A stretch of 62,474 nucleotides of DNA, filler included, from an uncultured bacterium (GTDB lineage Bacteria; Hinthialibacterota; Hinthialibacteria; Hinthialibacterales; Hinthialibacteraceae): the NCBI GenBank assembly GCA_964449065.1. It is 8 parts of 8 records of this genome, joined end to end, with 100 filler letters (N's around TTAATTAATTAA, not from the genome) between each part and the next. Parts side by side here need not be neighbours in the genome. Positions count along the whole stretch, not along the records: positions 7,981 to 15,843 come from CAYVAZ010000248.1; positions 15,944 to 23,790 come from CAYVAZ010000249.1; 6 more parts are not named here. The stretch is one strand, 5' to 3'. Below, in pieces: positions 9,765 through 20,268 of this stretch. The notes beneath the pieces were generated by a model. The model had not been told where the DNA came from. It saw only the letters and a program-made list of their open reading frames with translations, and searched no databases. How positions within the stretch are numbered: position 1 is the stretch's first letter; every line of letters starts with the position of its first letter. The position numbers were made by a program, and so were the translations under genes.

Positions 9765-9789
9765 ATACATACGTTCATGTATGTATAAT
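9765..9789 (+). promoter_or_regulatory. AcrR-type operator palindrome overlapping the -10 box of the RND operon
   Basis: ATACATAC-GTTCAT-GTATGTAT (9765-9786); TATAAT at 9784-9789. Confidence 0.75.
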
Positions 9790-9842
9790 AATAGGATTGC
9801 CGCATCATTCAAGCAGAATCATTCCACACAGGGAGACACCTG

Positions 9843-11030
9843 ATGCCGCGTACACCGCTTTTTTTTCTCTCCACACTGTTGGTCTTGGTGACAGCCGCCT
9901 GTCAAAACAAGGATACATCTCAGCCGCAAGGGCCGCCGCAGCAACAGCAAACGCCGTTGGTGGATGTTGCCATCGTGCGGCAGGGGGATATCGCGGTTGA
10001 AGATGAATACTTCGGGCGGACGGTTGGGTATCAAGAAGTCGAAATACACGCGCGGGTTGAAGGGATTTTGCTGGAACGCAAGTACGAAGAAGGGGCAAAG
10101 GTTCAAAAGGGGGATATTCTGTTTGTCATTGAACCCAGACAATATCAGGCCGCTGTGGACTTGGCCGAAGCGAGAGTGCGGCAGGAGCAAGCACGGTTGA
10201 AGCAAGCCCAGCTAAACTGGACAAGGATTTCCACGCTGTTTCAAGAAGGCAATGTGACCGAACGCGAGCGGGATCAGGCGGAATTCGAGTTGGAATCATC
10301 CGAAGCGGGCTTGGCATTGGCCGAAGCGCAATTACGCACCGCACAAATCAATCTGGATTATACAACCGTGGAAGCGCCGATTCCCGGCATCACCAGCCGC
10401 AAGGCCATATCGGAAGGGAGCCTGTTGCGTCCGGGAACGTCATCCAGTTTGTTAACACGAATCACCCGCACCGACCCGATCTATGTGATCTTTACCTATA
10501 CGGATTCGGATTATATCGAGCGGCAAATGCAAATCGAGCAAGGAACACTGCGGTATATCGATAATCAAAAACTAACCGCCCGAATCATCATGCCCAATGA
10601 CAGTTTTTACGAAGAAACCGGCGTAGTGGATTTTACGGAAATCAATATCGACCGGAATACCGGTACGGTGGAAGCCCGCGCGGTGTTTGAAAATCCTCAA
10701 CAAAAATTGCTGCCCGGGCAGTTTGTGCGGGTGAAGATCACCGGCTTGGTGCGGACGGACGCGGTCGTGATTCCGCAGCGGTGTGTGATGCAGGATACGC
10801 AAGGGCAATATGTCTACCGTTTGGATGACGAGAACATCGCGCACACCACCCGCATCAAAACCGGCCCAACAACCGGCACCTATTGGGTTGTCGAGAGCGG
10901 GCTTTCTCCGGGAGAACGGATCATCAGCAATGGACTATTGCATGTGATACCGGAGCAAAAAGTTAAAGTGGATAAGGTTGAGGAAGAGAATCCGTTTTCG
11001 TCAACGGAGATTGAGGAGACGAATACCTAA
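9843..11030 (+). CDS. RND efflux periplasmic adaptor (AcrA/MexA family lipoprotein)
   Basis: Lipobox VTAAC, EIHARVEG, INLDYTTVEAPI.G and LLPGQFVRV. Confidence 0.93.
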   Translation: MPRTPLFFLSTLLVLVTAACQNKDTSQPQGPPQQQQTPLVDVAIVRQGDIAVEDEYFGRTVGYQEVEIHARVEGILLERKYEEGAKVQKGDILFVIEPRQYQAAVDLAEARVRQEQARLKQAQLNWTRISTLFQEGNVTERERDQAEFELESSEAGLALAEAQLRTAQINLDYTTVEAPIPGITSRKAISEGSLLRPGTSSSLLTRITRTDPIYVIFTYTDSDYIERQMQIEQGTLRYIDNQKLTARIIMPNDSFYEETGVVDFTEINIDRNTGTVEARAVFENPQQKLLPGQFVRVKITGLVRTDAVVIPQRCVMQDTQGQYVYRLDDENIAHTTRIKTGPTTGTYWVVESGLSPGERIISNGLLHVIPEQKVKVDKVEEENPFSSTEIEETNT

Positions 11031-14000
11031 TGGTCACCAACTTCTTCATCAACCGGCCGATATTTTCTACGGTAATTTCGATTGTGATCTTTTTGGCAGG
11101 CGCTGTTTCCACTCAGATACTGCCGGTATCGCAATACCCCAGCATCGTTCCGCCGGAAGTCGTCGTCACCGCGGCCTTCCCCGGCGCCAGCGCGGAAGTG
11201 ATTGCCGATACGGTTGCCGCCCCGTTAGAACAAGAAATTAACGGCGTGGAAAATATGCTCTACATGAACTCAACCAGTTCCTCAAGCGGGGTGGTATCGA
11301 TCAATGTGAGTTTTGAGGTAGGCACCGATCCGGACCAAGCCACGATTAATGTAAACAACCGGGTAAAAGCGGCCGAATCACAACTGCCCGAACAAGTGCG
11401 CCGCATGGGTGTCACGGTTGAAAAGCGTTCCAGCAATTTTCTGCAAGTGGTGACCATGTCATCCACCAAGGAACAATACGACTCGGTGTTTGTCAGTAAT
11501 TACGCGCTAATCAACGTTATCGATGCGCTCAAACGGGTTAAAGGGGTCGGCAACGCGACGCTGTTCGGGGCAAAGGATTACTCCATGCGGGTGTGGATTC
11601 AACCCGATAAATTGGTGCCTTATGGTTTAACCACGACCGATGTGGTAGAAGCCATCCGCGAACAAAATTCTCAGTTCGCCGCCGGAAGATTCAGCCAAGA
11701 ACCGGTGAATGACTATCAAGTCTTTACCTTCAGCGCCATAACAAAGGGCAGGCTGAAGACGGAAGAAGAGTTCGCCAATATTATTGTCAAGGCAGAAGAG
11801 AACGGCGCGATCATGCGGCTGAAAGACATCGCGCGGATTGAACTGGGATCGCAAGACTACAGTTTTATCGCGACCAACAATGCCCGAACCGCCAACCCCA
11901 TCGGCATCTTTATGCAGCCGGGGGCCAACGCGCTGGAGACCGCGGGTTTGGTGGCGGAAAAAATGGAAGAACTTTCGCAGCGCTTTCCGCAAGGGATTGA
12001 GTACGACATCCCATTCGATACCACCCGCTTTGTTGAGATATCCATCAAAGAAGTCATCAAGACCTTTATTGAAGCGGTGATTTTGGTTGTGCTGGTGGTG
12101 TATCTGTTTTTGCAAAACGCGCGCGCCACCATCATTCCGCTGCTGGCGGTTCCGGTGTCGATTATCGGAACCTTTACGGGAATGCTGATCTTGGGATTTT
12201 CCATCAACCTGCTAACGCTGTTTGGATTGATCCTGGCAATCGGGATTGTGGTGGATGACGCCATTATTGTGATTGAAAATGTCGAGCGCAATATGACACA
12301 GAAAAATCAGCATCCCAAACAAGCCGCCATCCAGGCGATGAAAGAAGTCACCGGGCCGGTCATTGCGAGTGTACTGGTGCTGGCCGCGGTGTTTGTGCCG
12401 GTCGCGTTTTTGGGCGGATTGACAGGAGAGATGTACCGGCAGTTCGCGATCACCATCACCGTTTCGGTGGCAATATCCGGTGTGGTGGCGTTAACGCTGA
12501 CCCCGGCCTTGTGCGCCGCGTTTTTAACCGAATCGCACGCCCGGCCCTGGCTGCCCTTTCGGATATTCAACTCCCTCTTTCATGCCGTGACCCAAGTGTA
12601 TTTGTTTGGAGTACGGTTTTTCCTGCGGTTTTCGATTGTGGGCTTTTTGCTGACTGGAGTGTTAATCTGGGGTGTGTATACGCTCTTTAAACAAGTGCCC
12701 GCTGGACTCGTTCCGGCAGAAGACCAGGGATATGTGATTCTATCGTATCTCACGCCGGAGGCCTCTTCGCTTAAACGTACGAAAAAGGTAACGGATGAGA
12801 TGACACAGCGTATGATGAACCATGAGGCGGTTGAATCCATCGTGACGTTTTCGGGCTTCGATATTTTGACCCGGGCCAATAAAACGAATACCGGCGTTTC
12901 GTTTGTGCCGCTGAAAGATTGGTCAAAACGCACCGATCCTTCATTGGACGCGCGGAATTTGGTGGGCGAGTATATGGGGATGGCCAGCGACATCAAAGAC
13001 GGGTTCATTATGGCGTTTAACCCGCCCCCCATTACCGGAATCAGTATGACCGGCGGGTTTGAGGGATACGTGCAAAGCCGGGCCGGCGCGGACAGTGTGG
13101 AACTGATGCAAAGAACAAATGAATTTGTGCAGGCCTGTAACGCCCGGCCGGAAATCACAGGTGTTCGCACCACGTTTTCCGCCTCCACTCCGCAAATTTA
13201 TGTGGATGTTGACCGCGATAAAGCGCGGTCGCTTCAGGTCCCGGTGAATGAAGTATTCGCGGTGATGCGCAGCACCTTCGGGGCGTTTTATGTGAACGAT
13301 TTCACGCTGTTCGGGCGGAACTATATGGTCAACCTGCAATCGGAAACGGATTTTCGTAAATCACCCGAAGACCTCCGCTTTGTGTTTGTCCGCTCCCGCG
13401 ATGGAAGCATGGTCCCGCTGGAAACGCTGGTATCCACCCGAAAGACAATCGGTCCGGATATTGTAGAACGCTTTAACATCTTTCCGGCAGCGAAAATCAT
13501 AGGGCAGCCCGCTCCGGGATACAGTTCCGGGCAGGCCATCGCGGCGATGGAAGAAACCGCGCAAAGCAAGCTGGGCAGCGAATATACCCTTTCCTGGATC
13601 GGTTCGGCCTATCAGCAAAAGATATTTTTGCCTTCGGGTTCGGTATCATCATGGTCTTTCTCATCCTGGCGGCACAGTATGAGCGCTGGTCCATCCCGCT
13701 TGCGGTATTGACGGCCGTTCCGTTCGCGGTATTCGGCGCGATTATGGCTATATGGTTAAGAGGGCTGGAAAACGATTTGTATTTTCAGATCGGGCTGGTT
13801 GTGTTGATCGGTCTAGCCGCGAAAAACGCCATTTTAATCGTGGAATTCGCCATGATCAAAATGAACGAAGGCTTCTCGATTTTTGATGCCGCGGTTGAAG
13901 CGGCAAAACTCCGCTTCCGCCCGATCATTATGACGGCCCTCACATTTATGATGGGAGTGCTGCCGCTCGCCATCAGCACCGGGGCCGGGTCAGCCAGCCG

Positions 14001-14130
14001 CCGCGCCATCGGGACAGGGGTCATCGGCGGCATGATGGGTGCCACTTTCTTGGCGCTGTTCTTCGTGCCGATGTTCTACATGTGGCTGGCATGGATGAGC
14101 GAACGCCGCCCGGTACATGAAGAGAAGTGA
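11030..14130 (+). pseudogene. HAE1 RND efflux permease (AcrB/MexB family), frameshifted near 13621-13630
   Basis: FFINRPIF and GIVVDDAIIVIENVER in frame 1. The C-terminal TM domain ([32 protein letters not shown]) continues in another frame to 14130. Could be an assembly error. Confidence 0.8.
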
Positions 14131-14302
14131 GTTATTTAACCGCGAATGATCGCGAATCAACGAAAATATGAACAAAGTCATCCATAGATATCCCTCCTAT
14201 TTCTTGTTCTATGAGCCTAGCATCCAGCAAACGATTGTTATAAATTGACAAGACTTTTTGTTCAAAAAATGACAATTAATCATTTCTAATGGGAGGTACA
14301 GA

Positions 14303-15691
14303 ATGAATCAGACGCGCTTGTTTGTTGGCAGTTGCTTTGCGTTGGTATCAACCGCGTTGGCGTTTTCGCTGCGTGGAGACATTGTGGGGGATTTGAAACG
14401 TGAATTTGGCTTGAGCGACGGGCAAATCGGGGAAATCATCGGTCCCGGTTTGTGGGGATTTGCCATCACCATTATCATCACCGGAATGATTCTGGATAAA
14501 GTGGGCATGAAACGGTTGATGGTGCTCGCCTTTATTGGTCACGTGGTCGGTGTGTTAATGACCATCTTCGCGACCAATTCGGCAATGTTGTTTACTTCCT
14601 TTCTGTTGGTCGGATTGGCAAACGGGATTGTGGAAGGGGTCATTAACCCGCTGATTGCCACCATGTATAAAGACAACAAAACCAAATACCTGAACATCCT
14701 GCACGCCTGGTGGCCGGGCGGTTTGGTCATCGGCGGTTTGCTGGGGTATGGATTTACCATTGTGATGGGGTTAAACGATCCCAATGCCGATGCGGACACC
14801 TTGAGCCTTGGGTGGAAAATAAAAACCGCCTTGGTTCTCATCCCCACCTTTATTTATGGATGGTTATTATTCACCCAACAGTTCCCGGCGACGGAACGGG
14901 TGGAATCCGGGGTTAGCACCGGTGAAATGTGGATGCAGGCCTTGCGCCCGATGTTTATCCTGATGTTCATCCTCATGTTCTTGACCGCCATCACGGAATT
15001 AGGCCCTGACCAATGGATTCCGAACATGCTGGAAAAGAAAGCCGGATTCCCCGGTATTTTGATCTTGGTTTATACCGCGGGTTTGATGTTTATTCTGCGT
15101 CAGTTTTGCACCGGATTTGTTGTTGGACTGCTTACGCCGATTGGAACACTGATTGCCGCGTCGGTTCTATCCGCCATTGGTTTGTACGCGTTAAGCCTAT
15201 CCAATACCGGTTTAATGATTATTGCCGCCGCCACCATTTTTGGAATTGGCAAAACCTTCTTCTGGCCTACCATGCTGGGTGTGGTCGCGGAACGGTTCCC
15301 CAAAGGCGGAGCGTTACTGCTTTGCTTAATGGGGGGTGCCGGAATGCTGTCTGCCGGTTACATTGCCGCACCGACAATGGGGACGTTGCAGGATCAACTC
15401 GCCATTGCGCGATTGTCTGAATCGACTCTACAGCAGGTAGGCACGGAAGATCAAACCGGAATCGACGCAGCCAAAGTCGCCCAACTTCAAGATGAAGCCG
15501 TTATTCAAGAAGTACAAGCGGCTCAATCGGAATCCGTTGCGGGAACCTTGCGGTATGTTTCATTTATTCCCGTGATATTAGCCATAATCTTTCTCATTAT
15601 GTTTATCTACTATCAATCAAAGGGCGGATATAAGGCGGTATCGATTAACGATGAAGATGCCGGCGCCTCAAACGGCGGTGCCGGGCATTAA
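14303..15691 (+). CDS. Major facilitator superfamily transporter
   Basis: 462 aa, about 12 TM segments; G.ILDKVGMK motif A; GGAGG RBS. Confidence 0.88.
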   Translation: MNQTRLFVGSCFALVSTALAFSLRGDIVGDLKREFGLSDGQIGEIIGPGLWGFAITIIITGMILDKVGMKRLMVLAFIGHVVGVLMTIFATNSAMLFTSFLLVGLANGIVEGVINPLIATMYKDNKTKYLNILHAWWPGGLVIGGLLGYGFTIVMGLNDPNADADTLSLGWKIKTALVLIPTFIYGWLLFTQQFPATERVESGVSTGEMWMQALRPMFILMFILMFLTAITELGPDQWIPNMLEKKAGFPGILILVYTAGLMFILRQFCTGFVVGLLTPIGTLIAASVLSAIGLYALSLSNTGLMIIAAATIFGIGKTFFWPTMLGVVAERFPKGGALLLCLMGGAGMLSAGYIAAPTMGTLQDQLAIARLSESTLQQVGTEDQTGIDAAKVAQLQDEAVIQEVQAAQSESVAGTLRYVSFIPVILAIIFLIMFIYYQSKGGYKAVSINDEDAGASNGGAGH

Positions 15692-15717
15692 CCGCAAAAG
15701 TGGATTAGAGTTCCAGC

Positions 15718-15750
15718 AAGCGGGATGGCTTCGGTCATCCCGCTTTTTTT
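15718..15750 (+). terminator. Rho-independent terminator
   Basis: AAGCGGGATGGC-TTCG-GTCATCCCGCTT followed by a T run. Confidence 0.85.
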
Positions 15751-15770
15751 GTAAATTTTTCAACAATCAA

Positions 15771-15843
15771 CTAGAATTGTATCAATCAAAAAATGGCGGC
15801 TGGCTATCCGTTGTTCCCCCCTTGTTAAGGGGGGCTAGGGGGG
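15771..15843. repeat. MITE family C, partial at the contig end
   Basis: tcaaaaaatggcggctggctatccgttg plus the CCCCCCTTGTTAAGGGGGG hairpin, shared with 20011-20259, 27238-27340 and 62330 onward. Confidence 0.75.
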
Positions 15844-15944
15844 NNNNNNNNNNNNNNNNNNNNNNNNNNNNNNNNNNNNNNNNNNNNTTAATTAATTAAN
15901 NNNNNNNNNNNNNNNNNNNNNNNNNNNNNNNNNNNNNNNNNNNT

Positions 15945-17936
15945 ATTGCAATTGTAGGAAGTGTAGGATTACAAATTATAAATGCAGATACTTGTGAAGT
16001 TCTTCGTTCATTCACAGATATTCAGCACATGAATGAACTGAAGTGGTCGCCAAATAGTCAAACTTTATTTATAACGGATATGAGCAATATGAACGAAAGT
16101 TACGTAATTAATATAGATAATTTTGGTGCAATTATAATTGATGAAGAAATAAAATGGCAGTTTGGTGGTTCAGGTGATATTGAAAAACAAATTCCTATTC
16201 ATAACAACAGCATCAATTTCTCACACGATTCCAATGAGTTAGTATTTGTAACGAGAAACAATCAAATTAAAATCTATAATGTTAAAAGTGGTGAGTTAAT
16301 TTCAAGCATTGGCGAAATAGAAGGGGTACCGATTGCCGCGGGTTTTTTTGGTGATCATGGAGATATTTGGTTTAGTACTTCTCAATTTATATTTAATGAC
16401 CCTCAGTTAGGTTCAGTTAAAAATAATATAATCAATTTGTATGATAGAGACACTAGACAATTATCAGAGATTTTCATATTGAACGATTCAATTCCGAGTT
16501 CAAAAAGTCTAATTGATTTAAGGAAAGATAGGAATATTATTATTGAGAATGATTGCAACTCACCATCTATTGGTTTATATAATTGTACGACTACTGCACA
16601 TATTCTTGATTCAAACAATTCTACTTCTATTGCTTCCGCTAGTACCTTATTTGCAAAAGGAATGATCTCCTTTTTTCCTAATCGTTATCTTTACCTACCA
16701 CTACAAAATAGTTTTGTATCTATTTCAGTAGAAGATGAAAAATATTCTTTACTTGCATTTTCTGATGAAGAAAGAATAAGAAATGTTTTTAATTTTCTTC
16801 CCGTCTTTTCTCATCCATTCAATAAAAGTGCTACAGCATATTTAACAGGAGAGTTTGAACCAAAGCCTGTAGGATTACCTGATTCACCAGATTTTGGTCC
16901 AATATTTCCGAATTACAACATATATGCAATTGATTTCATAACTGTTCAATACGAACACTTATTACCCAAAACCGCCCCGGAATTAATAGCATTTCAACCG
17001 GACAGTGAAACGCGCTTCTTAACATACACAAACAGGATATCCAGGCAGTACATGTATGGTGAAGGGCGAACGGACCCAACGGAAGAACTGCCTCTTATCC
17101 CCAACAAATTCAGCCGGCCGGTTTCGCAGTTTTGGTCACCGGATGATCAGAATGTTTTAGAGGAAGTATTTGATAAGCCATTTCAAGAAATCGGTGATTT
17201 TTCTTCGAACGGGCAGTTGTTTGCCAGCCCAACCGGAGAAGAAAAAGGGCAAATCAACATCTGGAATACAGAATCTTGGGAAGCTGTGCATTCATTCAAA
17301 ATGAATGCTGTCGATGCAATCCATCACATTGCATTTTCGCCCAATGATGAATTGCTTGTCACGATTTCGAATCGTGTAGATGTTCATAACACAGCATCCG
17401 GCATGCGGGCAGCAGAATTCAGTCATTCTGAGGGTATCATTTTTCATGCGGATTGGAATGCTGATTCCTCCCAGCTCCTCACCGCTGGCGATGACGGCAG
17501 CGTGATGGAATGGGACATCGCTTCGCAAGAAGGAAACCCCATCGTGCGGGATGTATCTCCGGTGATTTTTGTTAGGTATTTGGGTGATGAATCCTCTATT
17601 CTTTATGCATTGGAAGATGGGGCAACCAAAGTGTATGACATCCAAAGCCAATCGGTTGTACACCAGTTTGATTCCAGTCTTGGAGATCATTCGTTCCGAA
17701 GTATCAAGTTGTCGCCCGATAAACAAACATTATTTGTCGGCAATGAAGTATGGAATGTACAAAGTAGTGAGCTGATCACCACCATCGCCGAAAATGCCCG
17801 GCCGATCCAGGATTTGCAAGTATCCGACGATGGAAAATGGCTTGCCACCCGTCACAACGATTTCACCGCCCGCGTTTGGGAGGTGGAAAAAGTCTTACAA
17901 GATCAATCCGCTATAAACAATTATAATAACTATTAA
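15945..17936 (+). CDS. WD40-repeat beta-propeller protein, 5'-truncated by the contig edge
   Basis: The frame is open from the contig start; repeats such as IAFSPND, WNADSSQLLTAGDDGSVMEWD and ARVWE. Confidence 0.85.
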   Translation: MAIVGSVGLQIINADTCEVLRSFTDIQHMNELKWSPNSQTLFITDMSNMNESYVINIDNFGAIIIDEEIKWQFGGSGDIEKQIPIHNNSINFSHDSNELVFVTRNNQIKIYNVKSGELISSIGEIEGVPIAAGFFGDHGDIWFSTSQFIFNDPQLGSVKNNIINLYDRDTRQLSEIFILNDSIPSSKSLIDLRKDRNIIIENDCNSPSIGLYNCTTTAHILDSNNSTSIASASTLFAKGMISFFPNRYLYLPLQNSFVSISVEDEKYSLLAFSDEERIRNVFNFLPVFSHPFNKSATAYLTGEFEPKPVGLPDSPDFGPIFPNYNIYAIDFITVQYEHLLPKTAPELIAFQPDSETRFLTYTNRISRQYMYGEGRTDPTEELPLIPNKFSRPVSQFWSPDDQNVLEEVFDKPFQEIGDFSSNGQLFASPTGEEKGQINIWNTESWEAVHSFKMNAVDAIHHIAFSPNDELLVTISNRVDVHNTASGMRAAEFSHSEGIIFHADWNADSSQLLTAGDDGSVMEWDIASQEGNPIVRDVSPVIFVRYLGDESSILYALEDGATKVYDIQSQSVVHQFDSSLGDHSFRSIKLSPDKQTLFVGNEVWNVQSSELITTIAENARPIQDLQVSDDGKWLATRHNDFTARVWEVEKVLQDQSAINNYNNY

Positions 17937-17951
17937 ACCAAGGAGAAGAAC

Positions 17952-18770
17952 ATGAAATTATTTACATTCTCAATCGTAACACTCGCATTGCTCATTAATG
18001 TATTTACCGCACTCGCCCAAAACGAGGAACCGGTCGACCACCGCATTGTCATGGTGAAGGATTTATTGCAAGACGCGGATGAAGCCTTTTGGAAAGATCA
18101 CGCGAATAACAGAATCTTGTAGGTAGAAAACGGCGTGAGCAATATTGGTGTTCAAAAGAATGTGATAGAAGGCAATTCAAATTTAATCAGTTACCCAAAA
18201 TTGAGTTTGCCTTTGATTGCGTTACCGCAAGCACAACGTGCTGCTTTGTTTTCCCGTTTTAAATCCGGCGCATCTGTGAAAAACACAGTGCTTGACGTGA
18301 AATTTGATAACAACGATCAAGCGGTTCGCGGTGTTTATCAACTAACACTACCGGAAGAGTTGAAGTATATTCAGTTGGAAGTCAACTATGATATTTTATT
18401 GAATGGCGTGAATGGTCAGAGTGAAACAGAATTCTTTATCGAAGTGAACGAACGCTCTCCATCCAATCCAAACGAATGGGTAAAAGCTGGGGAATTAAAG
18501 AATTATAAATTGGAGCCAATTGTCAGCCGCGGCGAAAGAATACTCAACCCCGTTTTTGAGATCAATGGTCAACACTACCGCACTCACATGTTTAATGCCG
18601 TTTTATCTGAATGGCGCGGTAAAGAGGTTCAGATCGTGTTAACCGCTGTTCCCGGTGAAGGCAGCTTGCGCAGCAACGGACGTTGGACAAACGCCCGATT
18701 GGTTGGTGCAACATTCAACATTCAATTGGGTGGAGCAGAAAAAGTTGATCCGCAAGCAACCAGCCAATAA
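17952..18770 (+). pseudogene. Secreted hypothetical protein interrupted by an in-frame TAG at 18120-18122
   Basis: AGGAG RBS and signal peptide MKLFTFSIVTLALLINVFTALA; the downstream 211-aa ORF is in the same frame. Confidence 0.7.
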
Positions 18771-18828
18771 TTATTGTTAATAGAAGAACAGTGTGTGACA
18801 AGGGCAGGTTATCTTGACCTTGTTTCGT

Positions 18829-19821
18829 TTATCCCGCAGCGGATTTCCGCAGGGCCAGCGCGGCGGCTCCTAATATCCCCGAATCATCGCCCAGGGCGGC
18901 GGGGGCGAACTCGACGGTGTTGTAGATCATTTCGAAGCAGTTCTTCTTCGCGTGCATTTTGATGCGCTCCACCAGTTGGTGTCCGAATTCCTGCATAATG
19001 CCCCCGCCCAGGATGATCATTTCCGGACTGAGCACGTTGATGAGGCTGCCGCAGGCGATGCCGGTGTATTTGGCGGCGCGGTGAATCTCTTTCACCACCA
19101 GCGGGTCGTTCTGTTGGTAGGCTTTATGGAAAGTGGTGCTGTTGAGTTTGGACCAATCGTCGCCGATCATTTCTGTCAGCACGGTTGATTTGCCTTTTTT
19201 GACAGCTTTTTGAAAGCGCCTCACCATGGCGGTTTTGCTGGCGTAGGCTTCCAGGCAGCCTTTGTTTCCACAGCCGCAAACCGCCCCGCCGGCTTTCACC
19301 TTCAGATGCCCGATCTCTCCGGCATTGTAGCTTTTGCCATGCACCAATTCTCCATTAATGATCACCCCGCCGCCGATGCCGGTGCCCAAAAAGATGCCGA
19401 TGACATCCTTTTTGTTTTTGCCGGCGCCGTATTCAAATTCACCCAGCGTTCCGATATTCACATCGTTATCTAAAAAAGCGGGGATTCCCAGTTTTTCGGA
19501 TACATAGGGGGCGATGGGAGCGTTCTCAAAGTTGAGATTGGGGGTGTGGAGTACGATTCCTTTTTCCGGATCCAGCGGCCCGGGTGAACCGATTCCGATT
19601 GCGGATATGCGTTCAATCGGGATTTCACTTTTTTCGATGGCCGATTCCGCGGAGGCTACAATGCGGTCTAGGATTTCTTCTTGCGGCTGTTGCGAGCGGG
19701 TTTTCTTTTTGCTGCGGCTTAGCACATCACCGGAACCGGTGATCACGGCGGCCAGGATTTTGGTCCCGCCCAGATCGATTCCCAACACCATGCGTTCATG
19801 CTCAGGTACGGACGGCGTCAT
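18829..19821 (-). CDS. ROK-family sugar kinase (glucokinase-like)
   Basis: GIDLGGTK, DNDVN, GTGIGGG, GEIGH and CGCGNKGCLEAYAS. Confidence 0.92.
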   Translation of the reverse strand: MTPSVPEHERMVLGIDLGGTKILAAVITGSGDVLSRSKKKTRSQQPQEEILDRIVASAESAIEKSEIPIERISAIGIGSPGPLDPEKGIVLHTPNLNFENAPIAPYVSEKLGIPAFLDNDVNIGTLGEFEYGAGKNKKDVIGIFLGTGIGGGVIINGELVHGKSYNAGEIGHLKVKAGGAVCGCGNKGCLEAYASKTAMVRRFQKAVKKGKSTVLTEMIGDDWSKLNSTTFHKAYQQNDPLVVKEIHRAAKYTGIACGSLINVLSPEMIILGGGIMQEFGHQLVERIKMHAKKNCFEMIYNTVEFAPAALGDDSGILGAAALALRKSAAG

Positions 19822-20010
19822 GTCATGAACTCTTCTTTCATTTGGTTATGTAAATGAAAAACCCAATTGCAATTATCAATAAAACAAAGCATAAATCAAC
19901 AACAATTATAGCGGTTGGCAAAAATACATTCAGATTGAAATGGCTTTTGCTTCCGGCCCGGCGGGAGCCTTACCCTCCCAAAACGAAGATATTATTGGCA
20001 ATTGCTCAAG

Positions 20011-20259
20011 TACAGTGTCAACGATTTATTGACGGGGATCGATCCCCCCATGTCATTGACGTAATAAAGTACCGGGTTATTTATGTGATAAATTAGGTGA
20101 TTGCGTTCTTCACAACCCCCTCTGTGTCTCCCCTAACTTGGGGGAGAAGAAATTGCGTTTTCAAGTTTGAATGCTTAAATCAATGGCATTGCCCCCTACC
20201 CCCCTTATCAAGGGGGGCAACAGCGGATAGCCAGCCGTCATTTTTTGATTGACAAACTA
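20011..20259. mobile_element. Non-autonomous MITE-like element C with nested element E (20049-20191)
   Basis: Ends TACAGTGTCAA / TTGACAAACTA flanked by CAAG/CTAG. The empty form is at 27238-27340. The inner element has ends CATGTCATTGA / TCAATGGCATTG. Confidence 0.65.
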
Positions 20260-20268
20260 CTAGCCAGA

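Noticed and set aside
18120..18122. Genome-wide TAG reassignment
   Set aside because: Conserved genes (rpmA, hisF, pfkA, UDG) end at TAG at plausible lengths.
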